Shown: piece after piece, positions 53,701 to 62,830 of the stretch
Position numbering within the stretch: the first letter of the stretch is position 1
Layout of the letters: every line of letters begins with the position of its first letter
Program-made: the position numbers and the translations under genes
Virus record (IMG/VR): IMGVR_UViG_3300050821_002136
Location: 32,001 to 96,000 of that record
Source of the DNA: a virus
Direction: 5' to 3' (one strand)
DNA length: 64,000 nt
The notes under the pieces: generated by a model
The model's input: the letters and a program-made list of their open reading frames with translations, nothing else
The model's database searches: none
Told to the model about the DNA's origin: nothing

Positions 53701-55733
53701 TTATTTCCAGGAGTTTGGCTTCCCGGTGCAGAGCTTAGCAAAAATCCTAAACCTGCAGGAGTTGGGTGAGTAGACGAATACGGAGGAAATTGCGTTATAG
53801 ATACGATCCCATAGCTGAAGGAAGGAGTAGCTGTTCCTGTTATGGGTGTGCTGACCACGTCTGGGTGTTGGAATGCTGCTTCGAATTGCGTAGGGGTCAA
53901 ACCAGAACTCAACACGATAACCGCTTGTCCGTTCAAATACGCTATGCTCGGAATGTTGAGTACATAAACAGCGTCTGCGGAAGGTTGAGGGCCTGTGTAT
54001 TGGAAGGTGATCACGTTGCTGGTGATAGCAAAGCTAGTCAGCTGTATGATTCCTCCTACCGAGCCTATTGCAGCTTGGAAGGCCGGAGGTGCTCCAGGAC
54101 CTACTTGGGTTACAGGGTAGAAGTTTCCATCTGTGTCCAAAAGCCTGGGGCGATCTGTGCCGATAGTCAAATCAGAGAACATCAAGAATTCCTTGTTGTT
54201 CATTGTTTCACCGTGGGCAAAGGTGTCAGGAAGAAGTCCCGTCAACGCTAAAGACAACACCCCAGGAGTATTGGTTACGTCTTCTTTCCACAAGTTTCCG
54301 TTTTCATCCAAAGCCAGGGTCTGAAGGAACAGATTATTCTGCTCATAGCTTCCTATGTAGTTGAAGTTTGCCAAGGCTGGAGTGATATACGTAATCACAT
54401 CTAGGTCACCAATGAAAGTTGTACCTGTACCTAGAGCTTCTATTTGCACCCCAAACAACGTGCTGTTGACGTTGGCCGCAGACCACAGACTTCCCCAGAG
54501 ATCCATAGGACCACCGAGAGAATACACAGTTCCAGGGGTAGTAGTAAGTTGCACTATTTTAGGAGTGCCTACTGGGACTCCTGCCTGAAGGAGCTGTAGT
54601 GATGCCGAGGTAGTTGTGCTGGAATACGCTAAGAAGCTGACCCCAAAGCCTGAGATTCCCGAAGTCAATGCTAAGGAAAATGAGAAAGCTTGGTCAAGCA
54701 ATACTCCGCTTGTGGTAGAAGTAGCGTAGTATACAGTGACCACCAACGAATTGGCTGAAAATGTACCATTGGCACCTGAGCCAACAGCTCCCGCAGTTAC
54801 TGTTACTCCAAAATTTGGTCCGTTCACTAATGCGGGAGTTAAGACAGTTCCCCATTGGTACGTGGAACTTCCCTTAATGTACGTGGTCATAGTGCTGGTG
54901 ACTGGAAAGGACAACGTCGTGCTTATAGGAGACCCGCTACTCGTTAGTCCTAAGATCACATTGCCAGTGCCTGAGCCAGAATACTGGGCTGCTAAGGAAA
55001 TAGAGATGCCCTTTACTATGACATTCGAAGGAATGTTGAGGTTAATAGCGCTGGTCTGAATATTGTCGGGATGAGGAGCATTAAAGAACGAACTTGAAAA
55101 AACCGTAGCTACTGATGCTCCCGTTGCTGTGATGTTCCCAGGAGTAGTCCAAGGAGTTCCTGTTCCAGAATTAACAGCAGATCCAGGTATTACTGAGACA
55201 ACACTAGGTACTCCCGTAGCTACTGAGGCATACCCCGTGCTGCTGAAGATGTTGTTGGGAGAATTCCAAGACGGACCTGTGGCAAGGCTTCCTATGTTTG
55301 GTCCTACAAAGATTCCAGAGAGGGACACGGCATTTCCAAAGATCCCTGAGACGATTGTTATGTCTGAGCCTATGACATTGGCCGTGAATGTCGTCGGAGT
55401 AACACTCAGTACAAACACTGTTTGTCCGTTCAGGAAGCTGAGGCCGTCTGTAAACCCACTGAGTATAAATTCCTCATTAACCGTGGGAGTGATCCCAGTG
55501 TAAGTAAACACTGCTAGTCCGTAATGCAAAGAAAAGCCTGTGATGATCAGGGTAGAGGTAAAGGAGTACACACTTGTTAAACCGGGTCTCGTAAAAACTG
55601 CTCCTACGGCATAGTCTACGTCCCAATTCCGTGGACTCGCACCTTCTGGTAAGTCCTTAGGGTCTGCAAACGTAATAAGCCCACCCATGTTGGATAGGTC
55701 TGCGCTGCCCAAAGCTTGTAGATTGTGACCCAA
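50760..55733 (-). CDS. Tail nozzle / DNA-stabilisation protein (P22 gp10 / T7 gp12-like) with inserted beta-sandwich domains
   Basis: GGL...P..LP.GASP N-terminus; propeller-like RMFYG, SLY.TK.SSLY, VGAIG and GIW.TDG motifs; size and synteny. Confidence 0.65.
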   Translation of the reverse strand: MGHNLQALGSADLSNMGGLITFADPKDLPEGASPRNWDVDYAVGAVFTRPGLTSVYSFTSTLIITGFSLHYGLAVFTYTGITPTVNEEFILSGFTDGLSFLNGQTVFVLSVTPTTFTANVIGSDITIVSGIFGNAVSLSGIFVGPNIGSLATGPSWNSPNNIFSSTGYASVATGVPSVVSVIPGSAVNSGTGTPWTTPGNITATGASVATVFSSSFFNAPHPDNIQTSAINLNIPSNVIVKGISISLAAQYSGSGTGNVILGLTSSGSPISTTLSFPVTSTMTTYIKGSSTYQWGTVLTPALVNGPNFGVTVTAGAVGSGANGTFSANSLVVTVYYATSTTSGVLLDQAFSFSLALTSGISGFGVSFLAYSSTTTSASLQLLQAGVPVGTPKIVQLTTTPGTVYSLGGPMDLWGSLWSAANVNSTLFGVQIEALGTGTTFIGDLDVITYITPALANFNYIGSYEQNNLFLQTLALDENGNLWKEDVTNTPGVLSLALTGLLPDTFAHGETMNNKEFLMFSDLTIGTDRPRLLDTDGNFYPVTQVGPGAPPAFQAAIGSVGGIIQLTSFAITSNVITFQYTGPQPSADAVYVLNIPSIAYLNGQAVIVLSSGLTPTQFEAAFQHPDVVSTPITGTATPSFSYGIVSITQFPPYSSTHPTPAGLGFLLSSAPGSQTPGNNVTVYYSVHSDPNPTDANLAAAMASGNAVFVEITGAVQGGFNFNGIWQVTSMGQGFYPGTSETLAFFTFTFTTTGHYPGVGIVGSQYRQTLATLTTSTPIPGLTAGSPITITGVTPSGWNNTWTIVEALNGGAYNITSTGFNYSTNTATYGWNFAGTTTTPPTVGNIVTIINCTNNAVFNGTFVIATVSGSFFTVTGIAAPPGILPGQTVETQGQATEFGTEFTFDPGEKFQGTTTNVIFGNGSGGNVAIIGGSQGSSIVPIGAGTRQAIVFFITESGNWTPASPPITFTVSSNANLLNVSSIPIGPPDVVARGIAITEAGQNGVPGANFYVIENPVVITIGTVTTTYTSTIIRNNIDTTAAFSFTDAVLLNSTEIDIQGRNLFNLIELGSPAWSVAYSSRMFYGMMLNKVDNFNNLSFDGGYLPNPTGTILPLGWGIHATNNEITLLTSPVTGQALYISNTTGSIQPVMGTITQTAFQDPYKVQIIRPNTLYSVRVACACLSGIRLGTLVIDLVDLSGGIFGNTYGSFSVPLTSMTTISSVFSGTLLIAPFANLKSLPATLVLRLRVINMGIGADVLVDRIEVFPTKFPFIRAQVYGSYIGKPESIDTSGDGGILDTSIQNAQTCTGAFILRDSLYLTKTSSLYITKDNPNSEPGGWSINEVSNRVGAIGIASYDTGEEWAIMACRNGIWATDGGQPKLFSLEIEQLYNAINWDAGNTIVLRNDIINRRILCAVPLPTGTDPVTGQATKTVQWLPHAPFNPKPTTPNVILMLNYEALGSFEELMSAIQVHATMFGTLASPDMRRKWSIWQIPTPYMGFVTRQNLNDVPLFICNGIDSSKIYQLDPMQRSDDGVAIYSLYTTYGFVNAAKSVTMPIFGMHQKRYTVLQLTAEGNGALLTKMYPNTLDARYPYTVPIGINLNNPVQDDYMRSINVKGNRAFIEVSTNAVGSWFELHKILLTGKQDAWSSISPTGGGNAGIV

Positions 55734-55761
55734 AGTTGTACCCTCTCATTCTTCTTAGCTT

Positions 55762-56142
55762 TTACCCGTGTGAATCTACGCTGCCCGAGCTGACTACTAT
55801 TGATGTGCCTGAGAAATCCGTGAGCACCGTTAGTTGTCCTGTGATGCCCCACGGGCCGTTAACAATTCCAGTAACGACGCCATCAATCACGGCTTCGTCC
55901 ACTGCTTGGTAGGCTTTGCCTGCGTCTGTAGTACGGCCGTAGTACGGTGGGATAGGTTGATGGTCCCTGGTACGAAGGTCTCCAGACTGCACAGTGACAA
56001 CGTCTCCCAAAGGTGTAGTGAAGGTTACTGTTTCCTTCACGCTAGGAGATGTACCGGAGATTGATGTGCACGATCCGTGCACAGTAACTTGGTCATACAA
56101 CTGTACTAGACCGCCGTTCATATTTACTGCTGCGTTGCTCAT
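55762..56142 (-). CDS. Small structural protein with an internal two-fold repeat
   Basis: AGGAG RBS; D.V.V.G..T.I...TV.T..G..V.V.SG occurs twice. Confidence 0.6.
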   Translation of the reverse strand: MSNAAVNMNGGLVQLYDQVTVHGSCTSISGTSPSVKETVTFTTPLGDVVTVQSGDLRTRDHQPIPPYYGRTTDAGKAYQAVDEAVIDGVVTGIVNGPWGITGQLTVLTDFSGTSIVVSSGSVDSHG

Positions 56143-56164
56143 TGTTTTCTCCTAGGTGTCCGTG

Positions 56165-58141
56165 TTATTTCTCGTAGCCACCAAAATTAGCGACCCACTG
56201 CGTAGACGTAACAGCATCAGGGGTGCATACCACTCTGATTACGGTCCCTGCTGCGATTGGAATAGGCTCGGGGAACGTGATCGTGTCGTGCTCAACCTGC
56301 GGTCCCACGTAGTTCATGGTTATGAGCTTGGTTCCAGCAGGTGACTCAAGGCTTACGAAGCCAATATTTATTGGGTTAGTTGCAGTGCCTCCTGTTGGTG
56401 CGGCCGTCAGCCGAGGCGTGATGTTCAGGTACTCAACGTAAAACGTCTTCGCTGCGGTTACCGTGTAGGTCAATACTACCTGATCCGCAGTGACGGCAGT
56501 CGAAGTCAGAGTGCTTGTCTTCATGACGTTCGTCTTGCCTGTGGATTGACCCAGGGAGACTGATCCTATGGTCGAGGAAGACGCTGCGGCTGCTGGGTCA
56601 TTGATTACGTGCCCGATGACGTTGGTACCTGCAGGCAGAGCATTTGTGATTGCTGTGACCGCAGTTAATGTTCCGCTGTCCACTACTGTGTGGAGATTCG
56701 TGCCTGTTGGTTGTACGACTGTGACGTTGCCTGTGATCGTCGTTGAAGCAAGCGACACAACCCATGGTGACGTTCCTTGATTGACAGTGCCTATAACCTT
56801 CGTAGTCTCAGCTGACAATGTAGCATTAGTGACTGAGGTAGCATCGGTGATGACATGGCCAATGACTGCGGCCGAGGCGTCGTTTATGACATGTTGAGGA
56901 GCAGTGAAGCTGATTGCTCCGCTAATGGGCTGGGTAACTCCTGATCCGTCCACTCTCAATGCACCCGCGAGGGTAAGTGAAAAAGGAGAAGTCTGAGCAG
57001 TCGTGTATGCAGGAGCGGCCGTAGTGACCGCACCCATTACCAGCCCTCCCTTTTCACCAGACGTGGTAGAACCTTGTGCAACCTGTAACGAGGATACAGT
57101 GGCATCCAAAGCTAGGCCGTTTGTGGTTCCTATGTTCGCTGTGACTGTGCCTGAGACAACCCAAGGTGAAGTGGACTGAGTGACAGCCACTGTTCCCGTA
57201 ATGGTCGTTGAAGACAATGAAACAACCCAAGGGGAAGTTCCCTGATTAGCAGTGACAGTGCCACTGACAGGCTGAACGGCCTGGAAAAAAGTACCAGTGA
57301 CAGCTACCGAACCAGTGACAACAGTTGTTGAGCCGGAATCGGTTATAACATGTCCAATTACGTTGCTTCCTGCGTTAAGGCCGACGTTCCATGTGCCACT
57401 CTGGGCTGCGGAGACTGCTCCTACTATGACCCAAGGAGAAGTTGATTGGGTGACTGCCACAGTGCCTGTGATAGTTGTAGATGCTAGCGTGACAGGTACA
57501 GTATTGGTTATGAATGCGTTGACACCGATGACTGTAACTGCACCTGGGGAAGTTCCGTAATTCGACGGAGACCCGAGGGTCACCCCAGCCCATTCCGTGA
57601 TGTCATTAGACGCAACTACCGATCCCACATTGACACGCAATGCGCCTGTCAAGTCTGTAGACAGGAAAACCTGATTACCTTCGATGAGAGTTGGGGCTAC
57701 TGCTGATGCGACAGCAGGAAGCACACCTATGTTGTTTCCAAGCGGTGCTGCACTGTTTGTGAACAGACTTCCCGTAACAGGAACGGTTCCGCTAGCTTCA
57801 GGGAATACGATACGAACAGGTTGCGCTAATTGCAGAGGAGAAGTAGAGACCGCATCTCCGCTGTCATATACCAAGACTAGGTCAAACCTCTGTGGTATTC
57901 CTGGTTCTGGTGGGTTGTCAAATGTTATGGTGACATTTCCATTAGCATCAACTGTTGCCGTAATGATAGCACCTAGGGTGTTAGCTATAAAAGCCGACGA
58001 AGGAATGACGCCTAGAGGCAAAAATGGAATAGAACCGCTGTCTCCTATTTGGTACACGCTGGAAAGGGAAAGAACAAAGACGGTAGAAGATCCATCACCC
58101 TGCAAGTTGATAACAATAGGAACTAATTGTTGTAGAGCCAT
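56165..58141 (-). CDS. Repetitive fibre protein
   Basis: Repeats of TTITGTVAVTQSTSPWV, NQGTSPWVVSL and VIGHVI[TN]D; GGAGG RBS before MALQQ. Confidence 0.68.
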   Translation of the reverse strand: MALQQLVPIVINLQGDGSSTVFVLSLSSVYQIGDSGSIPFLPLGVIPSSAFIANTLGAIITATVDANGNVTITFDNPPEPGIPQRFDLVLVYDSGDAVSTSPLQLAQPVRIVFPEASGTVPVTGSLFTNSAAPLGNNIGVLPAVASAVAPTLIEGNQVFLSTDLTGALRVNVGSVVASNDITEWAGVTLGSPSNYGTSPGAVTVIGVNAFITNTVPVTLASTTITGTVAVTQSTSPWVIVGAVSAAQSGTWNVGLNAGSNVIGHVITDSGSTTVVTGSVAVTGTFFQAVQPVSGTVTANQGTSPWVVSLSSTTITGTVAVTQSTSPWVVSGTVTANIGTTNGLALDATVSSLQVAQGSTTSGEKGGLVMGAVTTAAPAYTTAQTSPFSLTLAGALRVDGSGVTQPISGAISFTAPQHVINDASAAVIGHVITDATSVTNATLSAETTKVIGTVNQGTSPWVVSLASTTITGNVTVVQPTGTNLHTVVDSGTLTAVTAITNALPAGTNVIGHVINDPAAAASSSTIGSVSLGQSTGKTNVMKTSTLTSTAVTADQVVLTYTVTAAKTFYVEYLNITPRLTAAPTGGTATNPINIGFVSLESPAGTKLITMNYVGPQVEHDTITFPEPIPIAAGTVIRVVCTPDAVTSTQWVANFGGYEK

Positions 58142-58142
58142 T

Positions 58143-60383
58143 TTATCTGACCTCCGACCAAGAGAGAACACCGAGAGATGGGGCCGTACCACCTACACCA
58201 GTGACACACAAAGTCCACGTATCTTCGGCCGCGTTACCAGCAAAGTTCAATGTGAACGCTTTTTCCGGTGCAATATTAATACCTCCTGTACCAGATTTAG
58301 AGGAACCTGCCCCGCCGCCAGCGTATCCCGAGGCTATGACTATGCCTCCTGTGCACCCCGTAGCTGCTATATCAAAGTTTACTCCAGAGTTGGCATCCAC
58401 TGAATTGAACGAGGGTGATCCTGTAAGGGTGCCGTTATAAACAAGCTCCCAATACACAGGATTAGCCCCTGTGACGAAAACTTCTGTGGTCTCCAACTGG
58501 ATAAAGGTGCGATTAGTGATGGAATTGAAAGTGACCTTAGGTTGAAGAGAAACCAGAGGCGTGCGCGTCCCCGAAGCAGCCGTTATAGAAGTACCCTTGT
58601 TTCCTGTAGTAAATTTGTACGGAAAGGGAAATTCCACGCTACCTTCTGACATGATAGACATGCAGATTTGCTTCATTGTTGTAGTGGTAGCAGCGATGCC
58701 TGTGTTGGTAATTTCCGCACGACATGGTAGATTGGCAGTGTTCGTGTAGGGAGAAGTAGAATTGTTGGAGTTCACTATTTCGTGCACAACAACAAGAGAG
58801 TCATCCACGAACAGAGACCAACGTACTCTTCCTACTCCGAGCCACTGCATATCCATGGCGAAAATCTGGGTCTTTGACCAGTCGATGGTGATGCCGGAAG
58901 GACCCGTGCCATTCATGGGGTCTTTATTCCAGTTTGCTTGCAATATGGAAGTTGTGACGGGACTGCCAGAGGCTGAAGAGCGTTGATTTACGCTCACCCC
59001 AAGCGTACCATCCATCTCGAAGTAGACACCATCGTTAGCATCAAAGTAGCCAATACGACTGCGGACATTCGTCTTCTGCGCTCCCAAAAACCCTGTCATG
59101 ATGATGAGTGCCGATTTGCCAGGACAATATCTGAAGTAGGACTTTGTCTGGTTGATTGCCGACGCACCAGAGGCTGTTCCTCCCGTAGAAAGAGTAATCG
59201 AGGATTCATTAGCCGTTTTAGTGACAGTACCAGTACCAACTAAAGACGTATTGAACAGCAACGGTTGGGTGTCGTATTGAAACTGAGCTGCAAATGCCGT
59301 GAACGGTTGAGAGGTACGGGCGCGATTAAATGCATCGCTCGCTTCTCCACCGAAACCTACCTGCAGATTTCCAAATGCATCGGTTGCTATGTCCGTATAG
59401 AGGGACGGATTGATGAAACTCTTTCCCGTAAGCACAGCTCGGGTAATGCCAGCGGCATCCGTAGTTGCAACCACGGTGTCCAAAGACTTCGTTGTCTGAA
59501 CAGCGGGGAGAGAAGACAGGAGCGTCTGCAAACGGAAAATCCCTTGGTTCCCGGTTCCGTTCGTGTACACAAGGCGGAAGAATCGGGCATGGACACCAGC
59601 CACGACCACCACGGGCAGGCTGGCTAGAAGAATAGCCCTGATAACATAGTCCCAACTTGTGCCGTCAGTGCTGAACTGAAGTTGCAATCCGTTAGGAGCG
59701 CTGCCCTGATCAGAGAATGCCTCAACCGAAATCTTAGTAACGGCAGTGGCAGTCAGGTCTACAGCTGTTCCCGTAAAAACTGCGTTTGCAGACAAAAGGG
59801 ATGTCGTAGAATTTGCACTATTAACCACGTCAGCTTGTCCTATGACTGTGGTAGTTCCTCCGACAAGTAGATGGCCAGTGTTATCTACCGCGATATCATA
59901 CTGATTGCCGTCCAGACCTTTACCAGATACGAGTACAGGATTAAGACCAGTTGCAGTGTGCCCCTCAGGAAACAGTCCTTGTACCAAGGGGTCCCCAGGG
60001 ACATATTCGTTCAACACGGAGTCGTAAATAAGCAGTTCCCCGTTGTGGCCGGGAGGTGCAGCTGCAACAGGTATGCCTTGTATAGACGTGGCGTTAGAAG
60101 ACCCACCAGCTGCCACAGTAATATCTACAATTCCTCCAGGCTCAGCAGTTATGGCTATGGAACCGTCGGTAGATACGAGGCCTGTGTTTGGAGAAAAACT
60201 TTGACCGCTTGCTGAGGATGGTATAGGATCAAAGGGCCTACGAAGAGGTTCCTCTTGTTGGTTATTAAGAAACCAGTAGACATCAGAATACGACAGGCCC
60301 AAACGGTTAGCTATATCAATTGGTCCAGAGCCTACCTTGAATGCTGCAAGGATTTCGGCTTGTTGCGTTGGAGTTAAGGCCAT
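58143..60383 (-). CDS. Virion fibre / structural protein with an HTH-like N-terminal segment
   Basis: ARFFRLVYTNG..Q..FRLQT domain; DAFNR.R.S.P C-terminal beta domain. Confidence 0.62.
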   Translation of the reverse strand: MALTPTQQAEILAAFKVGSGPIDIANRLGLSYSDVYWFLNNQQEEPLRRPFDPIPSSASGQSFSPNTGLVSTDGSIAITAEPGGIVDITVAAGGSSNATSIQGIPVAAAPPGHNGELLIYDSVLNEYVPGDPLVQGLFPEGHTATGLNPVLVSGKGLDGNQYDIAVDNTGHLLVGGTTTVIGQADVVNSANSTTSLLSANAVFTGTAVDLTATAVTKISVEAFSDQGSAPNGLQLQFSTDGTSWDYVIRAILLASLPVVVVAGVHARFFRLVYTNGTGNQGIFRLQTLLSSLPAVQTTKSLDTVVATTDAAGITRAVLTGKSFINPSLYTDIATDAFGNLQVGFGGEASDAFNRARTSQPFTAFAAQFQYDTQPLLFNTSLVGTGTVTKTANESSITLSTGGTASGASAINQTKSYFRYCPGKSALIIMTGFLGAQKTNVRSRIGYFDANDGVYFEMDGTLGVSVNQRSSASGSPVTTSILQANWNKDPMNGTGPSGITIDWSKTQIFAMDMQWLGVGRVRWSLFVDDSLVVVHEIVNSNNSTSPYTNTANLPCRAEITNTGIAATTTTMKQICMSIMSEGSVEFPFPYKFTTGNKGTSITAASGTRTPLVSLQPKVTFNSITNRTFIQLETTEVFVTGANPVYWELVYNGTLTGSPSFNSVDANSGVNFDIAATGCTGGIVIASGYAGGGAGSSKSGTGGINIAPEKAFTLNFAGNAAEDTWTLCVTGVGGTAPSLGVLSWSEVR

Positions 60384-60450
60384 TTGGGGCTCCTTAAAAT
60401 GTGTGGGCCAATTTCCATGGCCCTTCCTATCGGCAGGATAGGTACTTATC

Positions 60451-60717
60451 TTAGCCTTGCTCTGTACTGCCTGCGGCCCTGCACTGCACAGGGCTTACTT
60501 GGAAGATCGGACCCGGGGAAACCTCCCCAGCATTGCCGTTAACTTCCACTTGGCAGGTTACGAGATCACCTGACCCACCAAAGTATGTAGACGCAGTGTT
60601 ATACCCCGGAGGTGCTGGGGCAATAGCAATGACTTTACATTTCACATTAACAAATGTACCTACGGTAAAGTCCTTGCTGAAGATGTCTTTCTCAATTGTA
60701 TTAACTGCTACTGACAT
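60451..60717 (-). CDS. Small structural protein
   Basis: AAGGAG RBS; resembles the repeat unit of 55762-56142. Confidence 0.6.
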   Translation of the reverse strand: MSVAVNTIEKDIFSKDFTVGTFVNVKCKVIAIAPAPPGYNTASTYFGGSGDLVTCQVEVNGNAGEVSPGPIFQVSPVQCRAAGSTEQG

Positions 60718-60726
60718 GGGTTCTCC

Positions 60727-61776
60727 TTAGCCTAGCACAGTCGTTCTATTCCAAGTTGCCTCGAACAGCACAAGGTCAGAAAGTACCTGTACAGGCATGA
60801 TCTGACTAGCTGTCAGCTCCACTCCTGCTGGAGTGAAGATCTGCAGCGCGTCATTAACTGGACTATAGTGGTACTGGTACCCACCGACAAGTAGAGGAAC
60901 AACAACGTCTTCTCCGAAGACCTCACAACGCAAGAAGCCGTTGAAATCTACCGTACGCTGGTCTGCAAACAACATCAGTCCCATAGGAATACCTCCTACA
61001 GTGTAACCACCGGGGGAGAAGGTAACGATTCCCCAAGCTTTGATAGTTTTCCCCGTGATATCCGGGAAACACAATTCAGACAGGGTAATCGTAGAGGCTG
61101 TCGAGGATGTTGTGGCAGCTGCTGCGGGTGAAGTGGCAGTGTTGCCAGTTGTTCCCGAGAAAGTGACCGCTCCATTCAAAGCGAGCAAGCGTCCTGTAAC
61201 GTTCGCATTGTCATTTACCGTGATAGAGGTATTAGCGATAGTGTCGCCCTTCACTACAGCAGTGGTACCATACGTAGACGAAGAGCCAACCAGCCAAATG
61301 ACGTTTCTCGCCAGTGCTCCACCTGTAAGAAGAACAGTAGATCCGTTGTTAAGGGTCAATGTGCTTCCAATTTGGAAGATAAACTGAGCATTAGGATTGC
61401 CCTGAGCGTTCAAGGTTACCGTTCCTCCCACTGACAAGTCCAAAGAAGTAGCAGCTTTGTAAACTCCGGGAGTAAATGTCTGTCCAGCAAGGTTTCCTAC
61501 GATGGGAACACCACCGGGGAGAGCTTGGTAGAAGTTATAAGCAGCAGTGGCGTCAGTCTGTGCTTGCTGTGATGCACTGTCAGGTCCGTGGATTGTAAAC
61601 GGCGCTGCCACTGTGGATGGCGGAAAGTTGGTAACAGCGGACACGGCTGTTGGGTAAATACCAACGTTTCCACCGACAACTGATGTTCCAGTTCCGGCTT
61701 GTCCTGTTACTGCGGTTGCGGCTAAGACTTCAAAATTTGCCGCTGTTGCTAGTTCTTGATCAATGGGTATTGCCAT
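60727..61776 (-). CDS. DUF3494 ice-binding-like beta-solenoid fused to a C-terminal structural domain
   Basis: L.TAANF.VLA...GNVG.YP...AQTDA.AAY...LAGQTFTPGVY...LNAQGNPNAQFIFQIGSTL...NVIW.VGSS...GRLLALNGAVT. Confidence 0.88.
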   Translation of the reverse strand: MAIPIDQELATAANFEVLAATAVTGQAGTGTSVVGGNVGIYPTAVSAVTNFPPSTVAAPFTIHGPDSASQQAQTDATAAYNFYQALPGGVPIVGNLAGQTFTPGVYKAATSLDLSVGGTVTLNAQGNPNAQFIFQIGSTLTLNNGSTVLLTGGALARNVIWLVGSSSTYGTTAVVKGDTIANTSITVNDNANVTGRLLALNGAVTFSGTTGNTATSPAAAATTSSTASTITLSELCFPDITGKTIKAWGIVTFSPGGYTVGGIPMGLMLFADQRTVDFNGFLRCEVFGEDVVVPLLVGGYQYHYSPVNDALQIFTPAGVELTASQIMPVQVLSDLVLFEATWNRTTVLG

Positions 61777-61820
61777 AAAAATTTCTCATTTCCCCGTCAA
61801 AACGGATACAATTAGTTTTG

Positions 61821-62108
61821 CTACAATGCCGACACTAAGGTGCCGTCAAACTTTTTAAACTTCCTACGAGTGTTCGCCTTAAAGCCCATGCTGAGCCTTT
61901 CTCGTTCGGCAGCAGTCGTTACTCGTATCTGCCCTGCTTGTCCAACTCTGCGTTTCTTGAACTCTGCTGCATTTATATTGCTCAGAGTTTCTCGGTATAT
62001 GTTGCGAAATGACAACACCTGATAATTGCTTCGCAAGTAGTGCCATTGAGCAAACACAAGTTTTTGTTGGCGTTTGTTTAGTAGTTTTTTCTCCTCTTCC
62101 TGAGTCAT
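61821..62108 (-). CDS. Basic hypothetical protein
   Basis: Start at MTQEEEKK, coupled to the upstream stop. Confidence 0.6.
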   Translation of the reverse strand: MTQEEEKKLLNKRQQKLVFAQWHYLRSNYQVLSFRNIYRETLSNINAAEFKKRRVGQAGQIRVTTAAERERLSMGFKANTRRKFKKFDGTLVSAL

Positions 62109-62830
62109 TACAAACCTTCCTTGAATACTTTGTGAAATTCTCTCAGAATCACGTCTGTACCCGTGGCGTGGAAGCCTGACCAATTAAGATAGATGCACGC
62201 TGCAAAGTAGTTTTCTACAGGTCTCCTTACGGGTGGTGAGGGCCTGATCGGTGCCCTTAAGGGACGCCTTGGAGGAGGTGGTTTTTCTCCCAGATGCAGA
62301 AAGTACCTAGGATCACTAGTCAAAAATATGTTTTGATAGTGAAGCACACTAGATACCCATGCCTCATCGTTACCGTGCTCATGACTGTGCAGGGCTCCTG
62401 CTCGTCCTGGTAAAGGCGCGTTTATGATCAACTCCATAGCACGCCTGCTGAGTACGTAAAAGAATCCCCAAGGTGTTTTTATTTCGCCAACTTTACAGCC
62501 GGGGTCTTGCCAGCCCGAAAAGTCTGCTCGATGGAATCCTGCGTACCACTGACTGGGCTTGCAAATGACATCGTCGTCTACTTTTGCGGCATAGTCATAG
62601 CCGTTTTCATACGCCCACCTCATTACTGCTTGAACCTTCTCGGGCAACTCTAGATAAGCGTCTCCGCAATCCAAGAACACTTCATCTGGTAAGGGGTCAC
62701 GGGTGGCACCTCTTCCTCGGAAGAACCTTAAGTCTACCTCAGCAGGAACCAAAGGTGCCCATGTGCTACGTATGGCGTCTGAAAACTCTTCCCGGCTGTG
62801 GCAATTGATAACTGCTAATAGCACTTTCAC
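62108..62830 (-). CDS. GT-A glycosyltransferase (GT31 galactosyltransferase/Fringe-like)
   Basis: AIRSTW, D.Y..LP.K, YDYAAKVDDD, G.FYVLSR.AM, DEAWV. Confidence 0.8.
   Translation of the reverse strand: MKVLLAVINCHSREEFSDAIRSTWAPLVPAEVDLRFFRGRGATRDPLPDEVFLDCGDAYLELPEKVQAVMRWAYENGYDYAAKVDDDVICKPSQWYAGFHRADFSGWQDPGCKVGEIKTPWGFFYVLSRRAMELIINAPLPGRAGALHSHEHGNDEAWVSSVLHYQNIFLTSDPRYFLHLGEKPPPPRRPLRAPIRPSPPVRRPVENYFAACIYLNWSGFHATGTDVILREFHKVFKEGL

Noticed and set aside
56165-58141. CRISPR array or DGR template/variable repeats
   Set aside because: The repeats are in-frame peptide repeats with synonymous divergence. No cas or reverse transcriptase gene and no adenine-specific variation was seen.
40769-60383. 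Numerous + strand ORFs in the late arm, and - strand ORFs in the early arm
   Set aside because: These are antisense shadows of long, RBS-supported genes.
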